Shown piece by piece: positions 35,959-44,526 of a DNA stretch of 64,000 bases. The notes beneath the pieces were generated by a model. The model was not told where the DNA came from, searched no databases, and worked only from the letters and a program-made list of their open reading frames with translations. A program made the translations under genes and the position numbers. The DNA comes from Clostridiales bacterium. GTDB lineage: Bacteria; Bacillota; Clostridia; Christensenellales; Aristaeellaceae. Every line of letters starts with the position of its first letter. The first letter of the stretch is position 1. The DNA is taken from assembly GCA_004556395.1 (NCBI GenBank), contig SFHK01000012.1, positions 5,299 through 69,298 of the forward strand, given 5' to 3'.

Positions 35959-36395
35959 TCATGAAAAAATCTCTTCCGATTTTGCTTTGCATACTCTGCC
36001 TGCTCCTGACCGCCTGCGGCTCGACCTCGGATACGCGCGCGGCGGACGACGCCTCCCTTCCCGAAACCGACCTGACCGCCATGAGCGCCACCGTGGCGTA
36101 TTCCTACGCGCAGAATCTGGCCAGCGCGCCCGACCAGTTTCTCGGCCAGCGCTTTCGCATCCGCGGAACCTACGACGAGCAGCTCTGGGACGTGACGGGG
36201 CTTACCTACCATTATATCGTCATCACGGACGTAAGCTCCTGCTGCATGCAAGGCTTGGAATTTGTGCTGACAGACGAAAGCGCCAGCTATCCGCAGGTCG
36301 GCGAGGAATTTGAAATCAGCGGCGTTCTGAGCACCTATGTTGAAAATGGAACGCTCTACGCCCAGATTACCGCCGACCAATACCAGCGTTTTTAA
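35955..36395 (+). CDS. lipoprotein of unknown function with SSCCMQGLEF motif
   Basis: The ATG overlaps the znuB-like stop (ATGA). MIMKKSLPILLCILCLLLTAC lipobox. ~125-aa mature domain with a vicinal Cys pair. Confidence 0.6.
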   Translation: MIMKKSLPILLCILCLLLTACGSTSDTRAADDASLPETDLTAMSATVAYSYAQNLASAPDQFLGQRFRIRGTYDEQLWDVTGLTYHYIVITDVSSCCMQGLEFVLTDESASYPQVGEEFEISGVLSTYVENGTLYAQITADQYQRF

Positions 36396-36419
36396 CGCGT
36401 TCGTATCCAACGCCGTTAA

Positions 36420-36578
36420 TTCAGCTTCATCGGCTGGTCGCTCCTGTGCACGCTTACGCTGGGCGTCGGCACCCCGTGGGTCTCTCCCTATCGGAAAATC
36501 GCCGAGACCGCGTTCTATCTGGACGTTACGAGCCGCGCGAACGCCATGCCGCGCCCGGATGGAAGCGCCGAAGCCTGA
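36420..36578 (+). pseudogene. possible C-terminal remnant of a membrane-protein gene
   Basis: Open frame without a start: FSFIGWSLLCTLTLGVGTPWVSPYRKIAETAFYLDVTSRANAMPRPDGSAEA*. It is preceded directly by an in-frame stop. The GxGxxWxxPY...FY pattern resembles C-termini of DUF975-type proteins. Confidence 0.25.
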
Positions 36579-36594
36579 ATGAACGATTCCCTGT

Positions 36595-36640
36595 AAAAAC
36601 AAAGACGGCCGGGATGTTTTTCCCAGCCGTCTATTTTCTT
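36595..36640. terminator. bidirectional intrinsic terminator
   Basis: GACGGC(C)GGGA-loop-TCCC(A)GCCGTC hairpin flanked by AAAAACAAA and TATTTTCTT. Confidence 0.7.
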
Positions 36641-36644
36641 ATGC

Positions 36645-37385
36645 TTAGCCTTTGATGAACCGCGCCAGAAACTCGCGCGTTTCCGGCTTCTGCGGATTCC
36701 CAAAGATCTGCTCCGGCGTTCCATCCTCGCAGATCACACCCCGGTTCATATAGACCACGCGGTTGCTCACGTCCCGCGCGAATGCCATCTCGTGCGTAAC
36801 CACCAGCATCGTCATGCCGTCCTGCGCCAGCAGCCGCATGGCGTTCAGCACCTCGCCCACCATTTCCGGGTCGAGCGCGCTGGTCGGCTCGTCAAACAGC
36901 AGAATTTCGGGCTGCATGGCCAGCGCCCGGGCAATCGCCACGCGCTGCTTCTGCCCGCCGGAAATCTGCTGCGGACGGGCGTTCGCATACGGCGCCATGC
37001 CCACGCGATCCAGATACCGCATGGCCGTTTCCCGCGCCGCTTCCTTCTTTTTCTTCAGCACGTGAATCTGCCCCACCGTGCAATTTTCCAGCACGGTCAT
37101 GTTGTTAAACAGGTTGAAGGACTGAAACACCATGCCCACCTTCGCGCGGTACGCGGCGACGTTTCCGCGGCCGGAGGTCATATCCTCGTTATGATACAGG
37201 ATGCGCCCGGACGTGGGCAGCTCCAGCAGATTGATGCAGCGCAGAAGCGTGCTCTTTCCGGAGCCGGACGCGCCGATGATCGACGTTACGTCGCCCGGAT
37301 GTACGGAAAAATCGATGTCGCGCAGAATTTCCCGCTTGCCGAAGGACTTGGACAGATGCTCTACCCGCAAAATCGCCTCGCTCAT
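36645..37385 (-). CDS. polar amino acid ABC transporter ATP-binding protein
   Basis: [29 protein letters not shown]. Start at M9 ([15 protein letters not shown]), overlapping the permease stop (ATGA). Confidence 0.9.
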   Translation of the reverse strand: MSEAILRVEHLSKSFGKREILRDIDFSVHPGDVTSIIGASGSGKSTLLRCINLLELPTSGRILYHNEDMTSGRGNVAAYRAKVGMVFQSFNLFNNMTVLENCTVGQIHVLKKKKEAARETAMRYLDRVGMAPYANARPQQISGGQKQRVAIARALAMQPEILLFDEPTSALDPEMVGEVLNAMRLLAQDGMTMLVVTHEMAFARDVSNRVVYMNRGVICEDGTPEQIFGNPQKPETREFLARFIKG

Positions 37386-38242
37386 CGTCTCTCCTCCTCC
37401 GTTTCGCACGCATGCTCCCGGTTCTGCTCGTCATAGGGGCTGCCCTTGTCGGGATAGTTGTAGGTTCCGGCGGTCGAAATCAGCGGGTCGCCCTTCACAA
37501 GCTCGTAGCTGCCCTTGCCGTCCATGCGCTTTTCCATCGCGCGCAGCAAAAGCGAGGCCGTCAGCGTCACCGTGAGGTAGCCCAGCATCTCAATCGCCGC
37601 CGACGGGAAATACTTGTACGTCGCGCCGGTAATGGCCTTGTGGACGGAGAAGAACTCCGTGAAGCCGATGATGAACATGACCGACGTATCCTTCACGTTG
37701 ATAATGAAGTTATTGCCGATCTGCGGCATGATGTTGCGCAGCGCCTGCGGCAGAATCACGCTGGTCATCGTCTGAAAATGGTTCATGCCGATAGCCTTCG
37801 CGCCCTCCGCCTGCCCGCGGTCGACAGAAAGAATGCCGCCGCGCACCGATTCCGCCATATACGCGCCCGTGTTGATCGAGACCACCAGTATCGAAACCAC
37901 CCACAGGTTGCGAAAGCGCATGGCGTTATTCGTGAAATACGGAAGGCCGAAGTAGATGAACACCGCCTGCAGCATCATGGGCGTTCCGCGGAACACCTCG
38001 ATATACACGCGAATGATCGCCCGCAGAATTCCAAGCAGCCCCTTCTTGACCGCCCGGTCGTTCTTCGCGACGGGAATTGTCTGAAGAATGCCGCATACGA
38101 AGCCGATCACGCAGCCCAAGAGCGTACCGATTACGGCCAGCAGCAGCGTGTTGCCCATGCCCGCGAAATACGTGGACGCGCTTTTGCTCCACAGAGAAGC
38201 AATATCGCCAAAGAGCTGAGACAGTCTGTCCATAGCGTACAT
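37382..38242 (-). CDS. polar amino acid ABC transporter permease
   Basis: HEQRo-family permease core ([45 protein letters not shown]) with a ~50-aa hydrophilic C-terminal tail. Confidence 0.9.
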   Translation of the reverse strand: MYAMDRLSQLFGDIASLWSKSASTYFAGMGNTLLLAVIGTLLGCVIGFVCGILQTIPVAKNDRAVKKGLLGILRAIIRVYIEVFRGTPMMLQAVFIYFGLPYFTNNAMRFRNLWVVSILVVSINTGAYMAESVRGGILSVDRGQAEGAKAIGMNHFQTMTSVILPQALRNIMPQIGNNFIINVKDTSVMFIIGFTEFFSVHKAITGATYKYFPSAAIEMLGYLTVTLTASLLLRAMEKRMDGKGSYELVKGDPLISTAGTYNYPDKGSPYDEQNREHACETEEERR

Positions 38243-38266
38243 TCCCTTCCCTCTGTCCGCCGTCCG

Positions 38267-39103
38267 TTATCCGTTGATGGGCTGAATGGCCGTCGCTTCC
38301 GCCATCATGGCGTTGAAGTCGTCCACCGTCATTGTGGAAAGCACCGCGTCGAGCGCGTCCTTCAGCACGGCGTTGCCCTTCATCACGGAGATGCCGATGT
38401 TGATCTCTTCCTCCGAAACCACGAAGTTGTCCTCGCTTCCGGAGAAGTCCAGCAGAACCATATCGGGATACACGGCCAGCGCGCCCTGCGCCGTGGGAAT
38501 ATCGGTGCAGACGAAGTCCACTGCGCCGGTTTCCAGCGCCATCAGCATGGCGGGCGCGGACTCGGCGGCGGGCTGAATCTCCGCGTTCGGAATCTGCGGC
38601 AGGCACACGCTGTACCAGATCGTTCCCAGCTGAGAGGTGCAATAGCCGCTCAGTTCGGAAATGCCCTTCGCCTCCGCCTGCGGCGTGCCCTGCCTGGCAA
38701 GGCACACGATGCTGGCATACAGATACGGGCCGGCGAAGTCCACCATCTCCGCGCGCGCCGCCGTCATGGACTGACCGGCGATAACCGCGTCCACCACGCC
38801 GGACAGCACCGCCGGAACCAGCGAATCCCAGTCCAGACGCACGATTTCCAGCTTCCAGCCGTTGGCCTCGCACAGCTTCTTGGCCATCATCACGTCGTAG
38901 CCGTTGGCGTATTCATTGCTGCCGGAGATCGGCACCGCGCCGTTGGAATCATCGCTCTGCGACCAGTTGTACGGCGCGTAGTTGCATTCCATCGCCACCG
39001 TCAGAACACCGTCCTCCACGCCGGAGGGTACGCCAGCCTGCGCGCCGGAGAGCAGCGCGGTCATCATCAGGATTACCAGTGCCATTGCAAGCATTCTTCT
39101 CAT
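38267..39103 (-). CDS. polar amino acid ABC transporter substrate-binding protein
   Basis: Start at M28 of the track ORF (MRRMLAMALVILMMTALLSGAQA signal peptide). SBP_bac_3-type sequence (APYNW, DAVIAGQSMT). Confidence 0.85.
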   Translation of the reverse strand: MRRMLAMALVILMMTALLSGAQAGVPSGVEDGVLTVAMECNYAPYNWSQSDDSNGAVPISGSNEYANGYDVMMAKKLCEANGWKLEIVRLDWDSLVPAVLSGVVDAVIAGQSMTAARAEMVDFAGPYLYASIVCLARQGTPQAEAKGISELSGYCTSQLGTIWYSVCLPQIPNAEIQPAAESAPAMLMALETGAVDFVCTDIPTAQGALAVYPDMVLLDFSGSEDNFVVSEEEINIGISVMKGNAVLKDALDAVLSTMTVDDFNAMMAEATAIQPING

Positions 39104-39152
39104 GTTCGTTTCCGCCTTTCCTTTGTTTGTGTCGCCGTTTCCGGCCGCGTTA

Positions 39153-39398
39153 CAAAAAATGAACCGCTTTGTCAAGCGGTTCATGGAAAATGCGGAAACG
39201 TCTGCGAAAAAGCTTCACAAACTCCGTATCAGCCCTTGATAGCGCTTCACAAAAACATGTGACAGTCCGCCGCGTATTTCACGGCGACCCAGCCATCCGG
39301 GCTTCAGGCCAAACCCGAACGCTTCGGCGATGCTTCCTTTCCCTCCGGCAAACGGCCTCGTGACCCGAAAGTACTCTTAAACCTCGCGCCTCTATCCA
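39153..39398 (-). promoter_or_regulatory. lysine riboswitch (L-box) with intrinsic terminator
   Basis: Minus strand ATAGAGGCGCGAGGTTTAAGAGTA...GCATCGCCGAAGCG...CTGGGTCGCCGTGAAATACGCGGCGGACTGTCAC matches conserved L-box blocks (GAGGCGCG, GAGTA, CGCCGAAG, CTGG, ACTGTCAC). Downstream is the hairpin ATGAACCGCTT-GACA-AAGCGGTTCAT plus TTTTTTG. Confidence 0.85.
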
Positions 39399-39417
39399 AG
39401 CGATTCAATTTTGCGTT

Positions 39418-39446
39418 ATCATACCATCCCATTGCGGGAATGTCAA
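39418..39446 (-). promoter_or_regulatory. sigma-70-type promoter of the L-box leader
   Basis: Minus strand TTGACA, 17 nt, TATGAT. Confidence 0.6.
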
Positions 39447-39512
39447 GCGGTTTTATTGCATTCCGACGTTAAATCCGTTCGCATTTCCCGCGCCGCGCGG
39501 AAAGCCCGGGAT

Positions 39513-40196
39513 TTACTCCCTCTCCTCCCCGCCGTGCACCGGCTGCGGCAGAGCGTCGGCCTCCTCGAACGCGGCCTCCTGCGGATGATGATCCACCGCG
39601 TCCAGCGTAAACGCCGACACCTCGAAGGCGTTGCGCACGATGTACTCGCCGTTGTCCATCAGCTTCTGATACTCGCGCGACTGCAAACGCCCGCCGATTC
39701 GCAGGTGGTCGCCCACATGGAAGCGCGAAGCGTATTGCGCGTTTCTTCCCCACGCAATGCAGGGAATGTAGTCCGACTTGCCGAACGCGCGGTTGACCGC
39801 CAGCATCATGTCGCAGATTTCGCGGCCGAACGGCGTGGAACGATAGACCGGCGGCTTGCACAGCGCGCCGCAAAGCTCCACGCGGTTGAGCGTTTCGTTG
39901 TCGTTGGTCGGCGTGACGCTCTGCGCGAACAGCGTAATCATCAGCCGCCCCGCGCCCTCAATCACCTTGTTGTAGGAGCGCACCTGTCCCGTCATCAGCA
40001 GAAGCGAATCCAGCGGCACGCCGGACTCGGCGATCAGCTTGCCCGGAAGCGTGACCGGCAGACGATCCACCGCGCCGGACAGGCGCTTTACCAGCAGCGT
40101 TCCCGTGTAAAACGGCTCGTTCATCACTTCATGAGACAGCTCCGGCGCGCGTTCCAGTCGCCCGCACGCCGTCATACGGTTGTTGGGATTTTCCAT
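39513..40196 (-). CDS. SSB-like protein with two OB-fold-like halves
   Basis: Start at M16 (MENPNNRMTACGRL). The second half, NRVELCGALCKPPVYRSTPFGREICDMMLAVNRAFGKSDYIPCIAWGRNAQ...GGRLQSREY, is of the SSB/OB type. The first half repeats the pattern more weakly. There is no acidic D-D-D-I/L-P-F tail. Confidence 0.5.
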   Translation of the reverse strand: MENPNNRMTACGRLERAPELSHEVMNEPFYTGTLLVKRLSGAVDRLPVTLPGKLIAESGVPLDSLLLMTGQVRSYNKVIEGAGRLMITLFAQSVTPTNDNETLNRVELCGALCKPPVYRSTPFGREICDMMLAVNRAFGKSDYIPCIAWGRNAQYASRFHVGDHLRIGGRLQSREYQKLMDNGEYIVRNAFEVSAFTLDAVDHHPQEAAFEEADALPQPVHGGEERE

Positions 40197-40308
40197 CGTA
40201 TCACCTCGTATCCTGATGTTTCCCGTGTTCAGGTACATCATATGAAGGTGTCGCCCGCTTTATGCCCTCACGCGTCTCTTACGGTCAATTTTCTTTTCCA
40301 ATTTTATT

Positions 40309-41901
40309 TCAGACGCGGATCGCCCGGCCGCATTTCGCGTTCGGCAGAATCCGCCCGTCCTTCAGAAGCGCTTCGCCATTGACGAACACAGCTTCTATGC
40401 CGAAGGAACATTCCTGATCCGGCACGGCGTTCTTCAGCGCCGCTTCGTCAAACACCGTCACGTCGGCATAGCAGCCCTCGCGCAGATACCCGCGGTCGCG
40501 GATGCCGAACCGCTCGGCGCTCGCGCCCGTCATGCGGTGAATCGTATTTGGCATCGTGTCGCCCAGCCCCAGCAGCGAATCCCGCAGGAATTTCGGGAAG
40601 CAGTCGTAAATCGCCGGGTTCTGCACGCCGTAATCCTCCACCCACGCGTCCGTCATATACAGGCACTTGTCGTTCTTCTCAAATTCGTGAATGATCTCGT
40701 CGGTGGTGTACGGCCCCATGTTCACGCGCCCCTGATAATCCGACTCGCGGCAGAGCTTCAGATACATCTTCAAATCGCTCATATGGTTTTCCTGCGCCAG
40801 CTGATGCACCGTCTTGCCCTCGTATTGCTCATAGCCCGGGCCGATGTACGCAACCTCGATGTCATTGAATCCAAAGCCCAGCAGCTTCACCGCCGCGAAC
40901 ACCAGCGCCGCCAGCCGCAGCCGGTTCCACGGCTTTTTCCGCTCCGCGTCCGACATGCCGCGATACCACGTGGGCAGAATCACCGTGATGACTGAAACGC
41001 CCTTCTTTTCGTTGTAAATATCGAACTGCGCCCGCACACCCTCCGCGCACAGACGGTCGATAATCCGAAGCGCTTCATCCTTGTCGCCGAAGCTGCCGCG
41101 GCCGACGAAAATCAGGTGTGAAAATTGCAATTTGAGCTTCGTTCCCTTCGCGATGCGCGCCAGCTCGTCCATCGCCCGCAGCAGATGCGAGCGCCCCAGA
41201 AGCTCGGGATAGGACGTGGAAATTCGAGACTCCGCGCGCGGATGCACGGTCAGCGGCTTGTCGTACTTCACGCACAGCTCCGCGACCCTGCGAAGCTCCG
41301 CTTCGTCGGCGAACATGCCCGGGCTGTACATCAGTCCCAGCGAAACGCCCGCCGCGCCCATCTTCAGGTTTTCTTCCAGAATGGCGAGCATTCTTTCCTG
41401 TTCCTGCGCCGTCAGCTTCCGGTTTTCCTCCCCGGCCACGCTGGCGCGCGCGGAACAATGCCCGGCCAGCACGGCGATATTGCACGGAACCTTCCCGTCT
41501 ACCGCGTCGAAAAACCGCGCTGCGTCGGGATAAACGCCCGTCGTCTGCCCGCGATAGCCGAACAGCCCGCCGCCCATCCGCTTCACGTTCGGCGTGCCAT
41601 CCTCAAAGCCAATGGCCGAAAGCCCGCAGTTGCCCGTCACAAAGGAGGTTATCCCCTGCCGAATAAACGGCTCGAAATACGGCTGCGGATTTTTATGAAT
41701 GGCGAACCAGTCGTTGTGCGAATGCACGTCGATAAACCCCGGCGCAACGGACTTTCCCCGCAGATCGTAAACCGCGTCCGCCGCCTCGTCAATCTCCGGC
41801 GCAATCCGCGCAATCCGCTCTCCGTCGATCAGAAGATCTCCAACCCACGGCTCCGCCCCCGTGCCATCGTAAATCCGCCCGCTTTTCAAAAGCGTTCGCA
41901 T
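40309..41901 (-). CDS. N-acyl-D-amino-acid deacylase family amidohydrolase (D-aminoacylase-like)
   Basis: 530 aa. GDLLIDGERIARIAP...VAPGFIDVHSHND metal-binding start typical of D-aminoacylases, with a C-terminal beta-barrel extension. Confidence 0.8.
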   Translation of the reverse strand: MRTLLKSGRIYDGTGAEPWVGDLLIDGERIARIAPEIDEAADAVYDLRGKSVAPGFIDVHSHNDWFAIHKNPQPYFEPFIRQGITSFVTGNCGLSAIGFEDGTPNVKRMGGGLFGYRGQTTGVYPDAARFFDAVDGKVPCNIAVLAGHCSARASVAGEENRKLTAQEQERMLAILEENLKMGAAGVSLGLMYSPGMFADEAELRRVAELCVKYDKPLTVHPRAESRISTSYPELLGRSHLLRAMDELARIAKGTKLKLQFSHLIFVGRGSFGDKDEALRIIDRLCAEGVRAQFDIYNEKKGVSVITVILPTWYRGMSDAERKKPWNRLRLAALVFAAVKLLGFGFNDIEVAYIGPGYEQYEGKTVHQLAQENHMSDLKMYLKLCRESDYQGRVNMGPYTTDEIIHEFEKNDKCLYMTDAWVEDYGVQNPAIYDCFPKFLRDSLLGLGDTMPNTIHRMTGASAERFGIRDRGYLREGCYADVTVFDEAALKNAVPDQECSFGIEAVFVNGEALLKDGRILPNAKCGRAIRV

Positions 41902-42036
41902 TGCCGCTCATCCCTCCGCTGCATCTTTCCAAATTCTTCCCTCTGTATTTCAGTATACCATACTCCCGCATATACATCAAGTCATCCATCGCATGATGGC
42001 GGCATTCTCCGTAAGCATGGCTCTATAATAAAAGAA

Positions 42037-42073
42037 CAAAAAAAAGAGTCTGAAACTTTCGTTTCAAACTCTT
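42037..42073 (-). terminator. intrinsic terminator after tRNA array
   Basis: Minus strand AAGAGTTTGAAAC-GAAA-GTTTCAGACTCTT followed by TTTTTTTT. Confidence 0.8.
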
Positions 42074-42076
42074 CCG

Positions 42077-42149
42077 TACACCTTCAGGGGCTCGAACCCT
42101 GGACACCCTGATTAAGAGTCAGGTGCTCTACCAACTGAGCTAAAGGTGC
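42077..42149 (-). tRNA. tRNA-Lys (anticodon CTT)
   Basis: The reverse complement GCACCTTTAGCTCAGTTGGTAGAGCACCTGACTCTTAATCAGGGTGTCCAGGGTTCGAGCCCCTGAAGGTGTA folds as a cloverleaf. Anticodon loop is CTCTTAA. Confidence 0.9.
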
Positions 42150-42153
42150 ATGA

Positions 42154-42226
42154 AGCGGTAGACGAGACTCGGACTCGCGACCTCCACCTTGGCAAGGTGG
42201 CGCTCTACCAACTGAGCTACTACCGC
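42154..42226 (-). tRNA. tRNA-Gly (anticodon GCC)
   Basis: GCGGTAGTAGCTCAGTTGGTAGAGCGCCACCTTGCCAAGGTGGAGGTCGCGAGTCCGAGTCTCGTCTACCGCT. Anticodon loop is TTGCCAA, discriminator U. Confidence 0.9.
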
Positions 42227-42230
42227 GCGC

Positions 42231-42301
42231 AGCGGGTGATGGGAATCGAACCCACGTATCCAGCTTGGAAGGCTGGCGCTCTGCCATTGAGTTACACCCG
42301 C
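42231..42301 (-). tRNA. tRNA-Gly (anticodon TCC)
   Basis: GCGGGTGTAACTCAATGGCAGAGCGCCAGCCTTCCAAGCTGGATACGTGGGTTCGATTCCCATCACCCGCT. Anticodon loop is CTTCCAA. Confidence 0.9.
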
Positions 42302-42311
42302 AGGCTCGAAA

Positions 42312-42384
42312 AGCGGTAGACGAGACTCGGACTCGCGACCTCCACCTTGGCAAGGTGGCGCTCTACCAACTGAGCTACTACCGC
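42312..42384 (-). tRNA. tRNA-Gly (anticodon GCC), identical second copy
   Basis: Sequence identical to 42154-42226. Confidence 0.9.
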
Positions 42385-42406
42385 AAACCGCAATCAAGCG
42401 TGATAT

Positions 42407-42435
42407 ATAATACCACATCATGGCATATAACGCAA
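42407..42435 (-). promoter_or_regulatory. sigma-70-type promoter of the tRNA array
   Basis: Minus strand TTGCGT, 17 nt, TATTAT, about 20 nt upstream of the first tRNA. Confidence 0.55.
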
Positions 42436-42474
42436 TACCTGTCGCGATTTTTTACATTCGAGCAAAAACAGGCT

Positions 42475-43332
42475 TCAGTACACGAAGCGAATCAGTTTAT
42501 AGCTTGCGCGGTTGTCGAGGTCGGAAGCGAGTACCATGGCGAATCCGCTTCTGGAAGAGCGCTGATAGAGGCTTGCCGCCTGGCTGCCCGTCAGCTTCAT
42601 GACGTCGTTGTTCCAGTCCTCTCCCTCGCCGTACACGTCAAAATACACGCGATACCAGTCGCTTCCCAGGTATTCCGCACCCGTTACAGACGCAAAGCCA
42701 TCCGGCACGTGGCCGCCGGTCTCCTGCCAGTACAGATAATCGCCGTCCAGATCGAGGTACCTCACGCGGATGTCGTCCACCGTAACGCCGAAGTACTTAC
42801 GAAGCACGGGATTGATGTATTTTGTCGCAAGGCGAACGTTGTTGCCGTTCGCGTAATCTCCCCATTCCACCTTGCGGTTCTGATTGAACCAGATATGACT
42901 GGCTGCGAACTCCACCATGGCCGCCGGGCTCGCGTGATTCACGTCAAACACACCCTCGCAGTAGTAGCTAAGGCTTGTCTCGGTAAAATTGCTGAGAAAC
43001 AGGTTCATGTCGGCCCGCTGGGCGTCCGTCAGCGTGACCGCGTGTCCATGCGTCGTCGCGTCGTCAAGATACCGGCGAAGCACGTAGCCCCGCCTGCCGT
43101 CCGCCCACACGCGCACGAACTCGCCGTTGTCATCCTCAAGGCACACGATCTTTTGGCCGAGAGGTATGCGCGCCAGCGCGTCCGCGCTCTTGGACGCCTC
43201 CTCTCGAAGCGTCACGTATTCCTTGCAGTTCACCACGCGCAGCTCGTCGCCCACCTCAAATTCGGCGGCCGCGCCCGCCGCCAGCGTCAGCGCCATAAGA
43301 ACGACCAGTACTGCGATTCGCCTTTTATTCAT
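42475..43332 (-). CDS. secreted SH3b-domain protein of unknown function
   Basis: Signal peptide MNKRRIAVLVVLMALTLAAGAAA. The N-terminal segment LRVVNCKEYVTLREEASKSADALARIPLGQKIVCLEDDNGEFVRVWADGRRGYV is bacterial SH3-like. The C-terminal ~190 aa are unassigned. Confidence 0.6.
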   Translation of the reverse strand: MNKRRIAVLVVLMALTLAAGAAAEFEVGDELRVVNCKEYVTLREEASKSADALARIPLGQKIVCLEDDNGEFVRVWADGRRGYVLRRYLDDATTHGHAVTLTDAQRADMNLFLSNFTETSLSYYCEGVFDVNHASPAAMVEFAASHIWFNQNRKVEWGDYANGNNVRLATKYINPVLRKYFGVTVDDIRVRYLDLDGDYLYWQETGGHVPDGFASVTGAEYLGSDWYRVYFDVYGEGEDWNNDVMKLTGSQAASLYQRSSRSGFAMVLASDLDNRASYKLIRFVY

Positions 43333-43479
43333 CGAATCCCGCCCTTCTTTTTGTTTTTTGTTATTTTACCATAAAACGCCGACGATTTCAATCTTTTTTC
43401 CATTCTTCCGCAATTTATAGAAGGAAAACGCGCGTCCGGCTCGAATATTCCTCTTATCACGGAAAGGAGATTTTCCGCC

Positions 43480-44520
43480 ATGCAGCTGAATTTGAATCCA
43501 TATCTTGAGGATATCGAAAGCCGCCTTGACGCGGCGGAGGAAGCGCGCCTGTGGGACGAATGGCTCGGCTGGACGCGCCACGAAAACGGCGTGAAGCCCT
43601 TTTTGCCGCAGCCGCGCACGGCCAGGCCAAGCGCACTGGAATGGCCGCACGTGAACATCAACGACGCGCTGGACGACGACGATCTCGCCATCTATCGCGA
43701 GCTTGAGGGCGTGAACCAGCGTCTCGCCGAGGGCTCCTGCCACATCCTGCGCGTTCGTGCGAACTACGGCGTGGGCAACATCGCGTCCGCCTTCGGCCCG
43801 GAGCTGTTCGTCATGCCCCGCGAGACGGACACGCTGCCGAACGTGCGCCCCTTCGGCGAGGAAGCCATGTACGCGCTGCTCGACCGCCCCGCGCCCGACC
43901 TTTCGTGCGGGAACTTCCCGAAAATCATGCGCATCTACGACCGGTTTGTGGAAATCGGCCGCAAATATCCGAAATTCGGCGCTTTCGTGCGTCTGGAGCA
44001 GCCCGATTTGCAGGGGCCGATGGACAACCTGGAGCTTCTGTGGGGCAGTTCGGTCTTCTACGCGCTGTACGACGACCCGGACACGATCCACGCGCTGCTT
44101 GGGCGCATCACAAATCTCATCGAGTCCGCGATGGACGAATGGCTGCGCCACTGTCCGAACGGGCGCGGCATTGCCACCTATTTCCGTCATGTGGAAAAGG
44201 GAGCCATCGCCCTGCGCGACGACAGCGCCATGAACCTTTCGCCGGACTTCTTCAGCGAGTTTATCGCGCCGTATGACGGCCGGCTTCTGCGCAAATACGG
44301 CGGCATCATGCACTTCTGCGGCCGAGGCGACCATTTCATCGAGCGGCTCGCGAAGCTCGAGGGCCTGAACGGCATCAACATGAGCCAGCCGCACCTGAAC
44401 GACATGGACAAGGTGTTCGCCGCCACGATCGACAAGGGGCTGCATCTCTCCCTGTCCACGCCGTCCTTTGACATCGGAAAGCACGACGGCTCGAACCTTC
44501 TGTTCCTCGATTCGATGTAA
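43480..44520 (+). CDS. uroporphyrinogen decarboxylase (URO-D)-like TIM-barrel family protein, function unknown
   Basis: 346 aa, AAAGGAG RBS. ANYGVGNIASAFGPEL and IMHFCGRGDHFIERLAKLEGLNGINMSQP resemble URO-D/MtaA-like family blocks. This is a weak call made by eye. Confidence 0.4.
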   Translation: MQLNLNPYLEDIESRLDAAEEARLWDEWLGWTRHENGVKPFLPQPRTARPSALEWPHVNINDALDDDDLAIYRELEGVNQRLAEGSCHILRVRANYGVGNIASAFGPELFVMPRETDTLPNVRPFGEEAMYALLDRPAPDLSCGNFPKIMRIYDRFVEIGRKYPKFGAFVRLEQPDLQGPMDNLELLWGSSVFYALYDDPDTIHALLGRITNLIESAMDEWLRHCPNGRGIATYFRHVEKGAIALRDDSAMNLSPDFFSEFIAPYDGRLLRKYGGIMHFCGRGDHFIERLAKLEGLNGINMSQPHLNDMDKVFAATIDKGLHLSLSTPSFDIGKHDGSNLLFLDSM

Positions 44521-44526
44521 GCCGCG

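Noticed and set aside
42084-42421. 89-aa and 93-aa minus-strand ORFs
   Set aside because: - They lie entirely over four tRNA genes.
- The repeated peptide segments simply reflect the duplicated tRNA-Gly.
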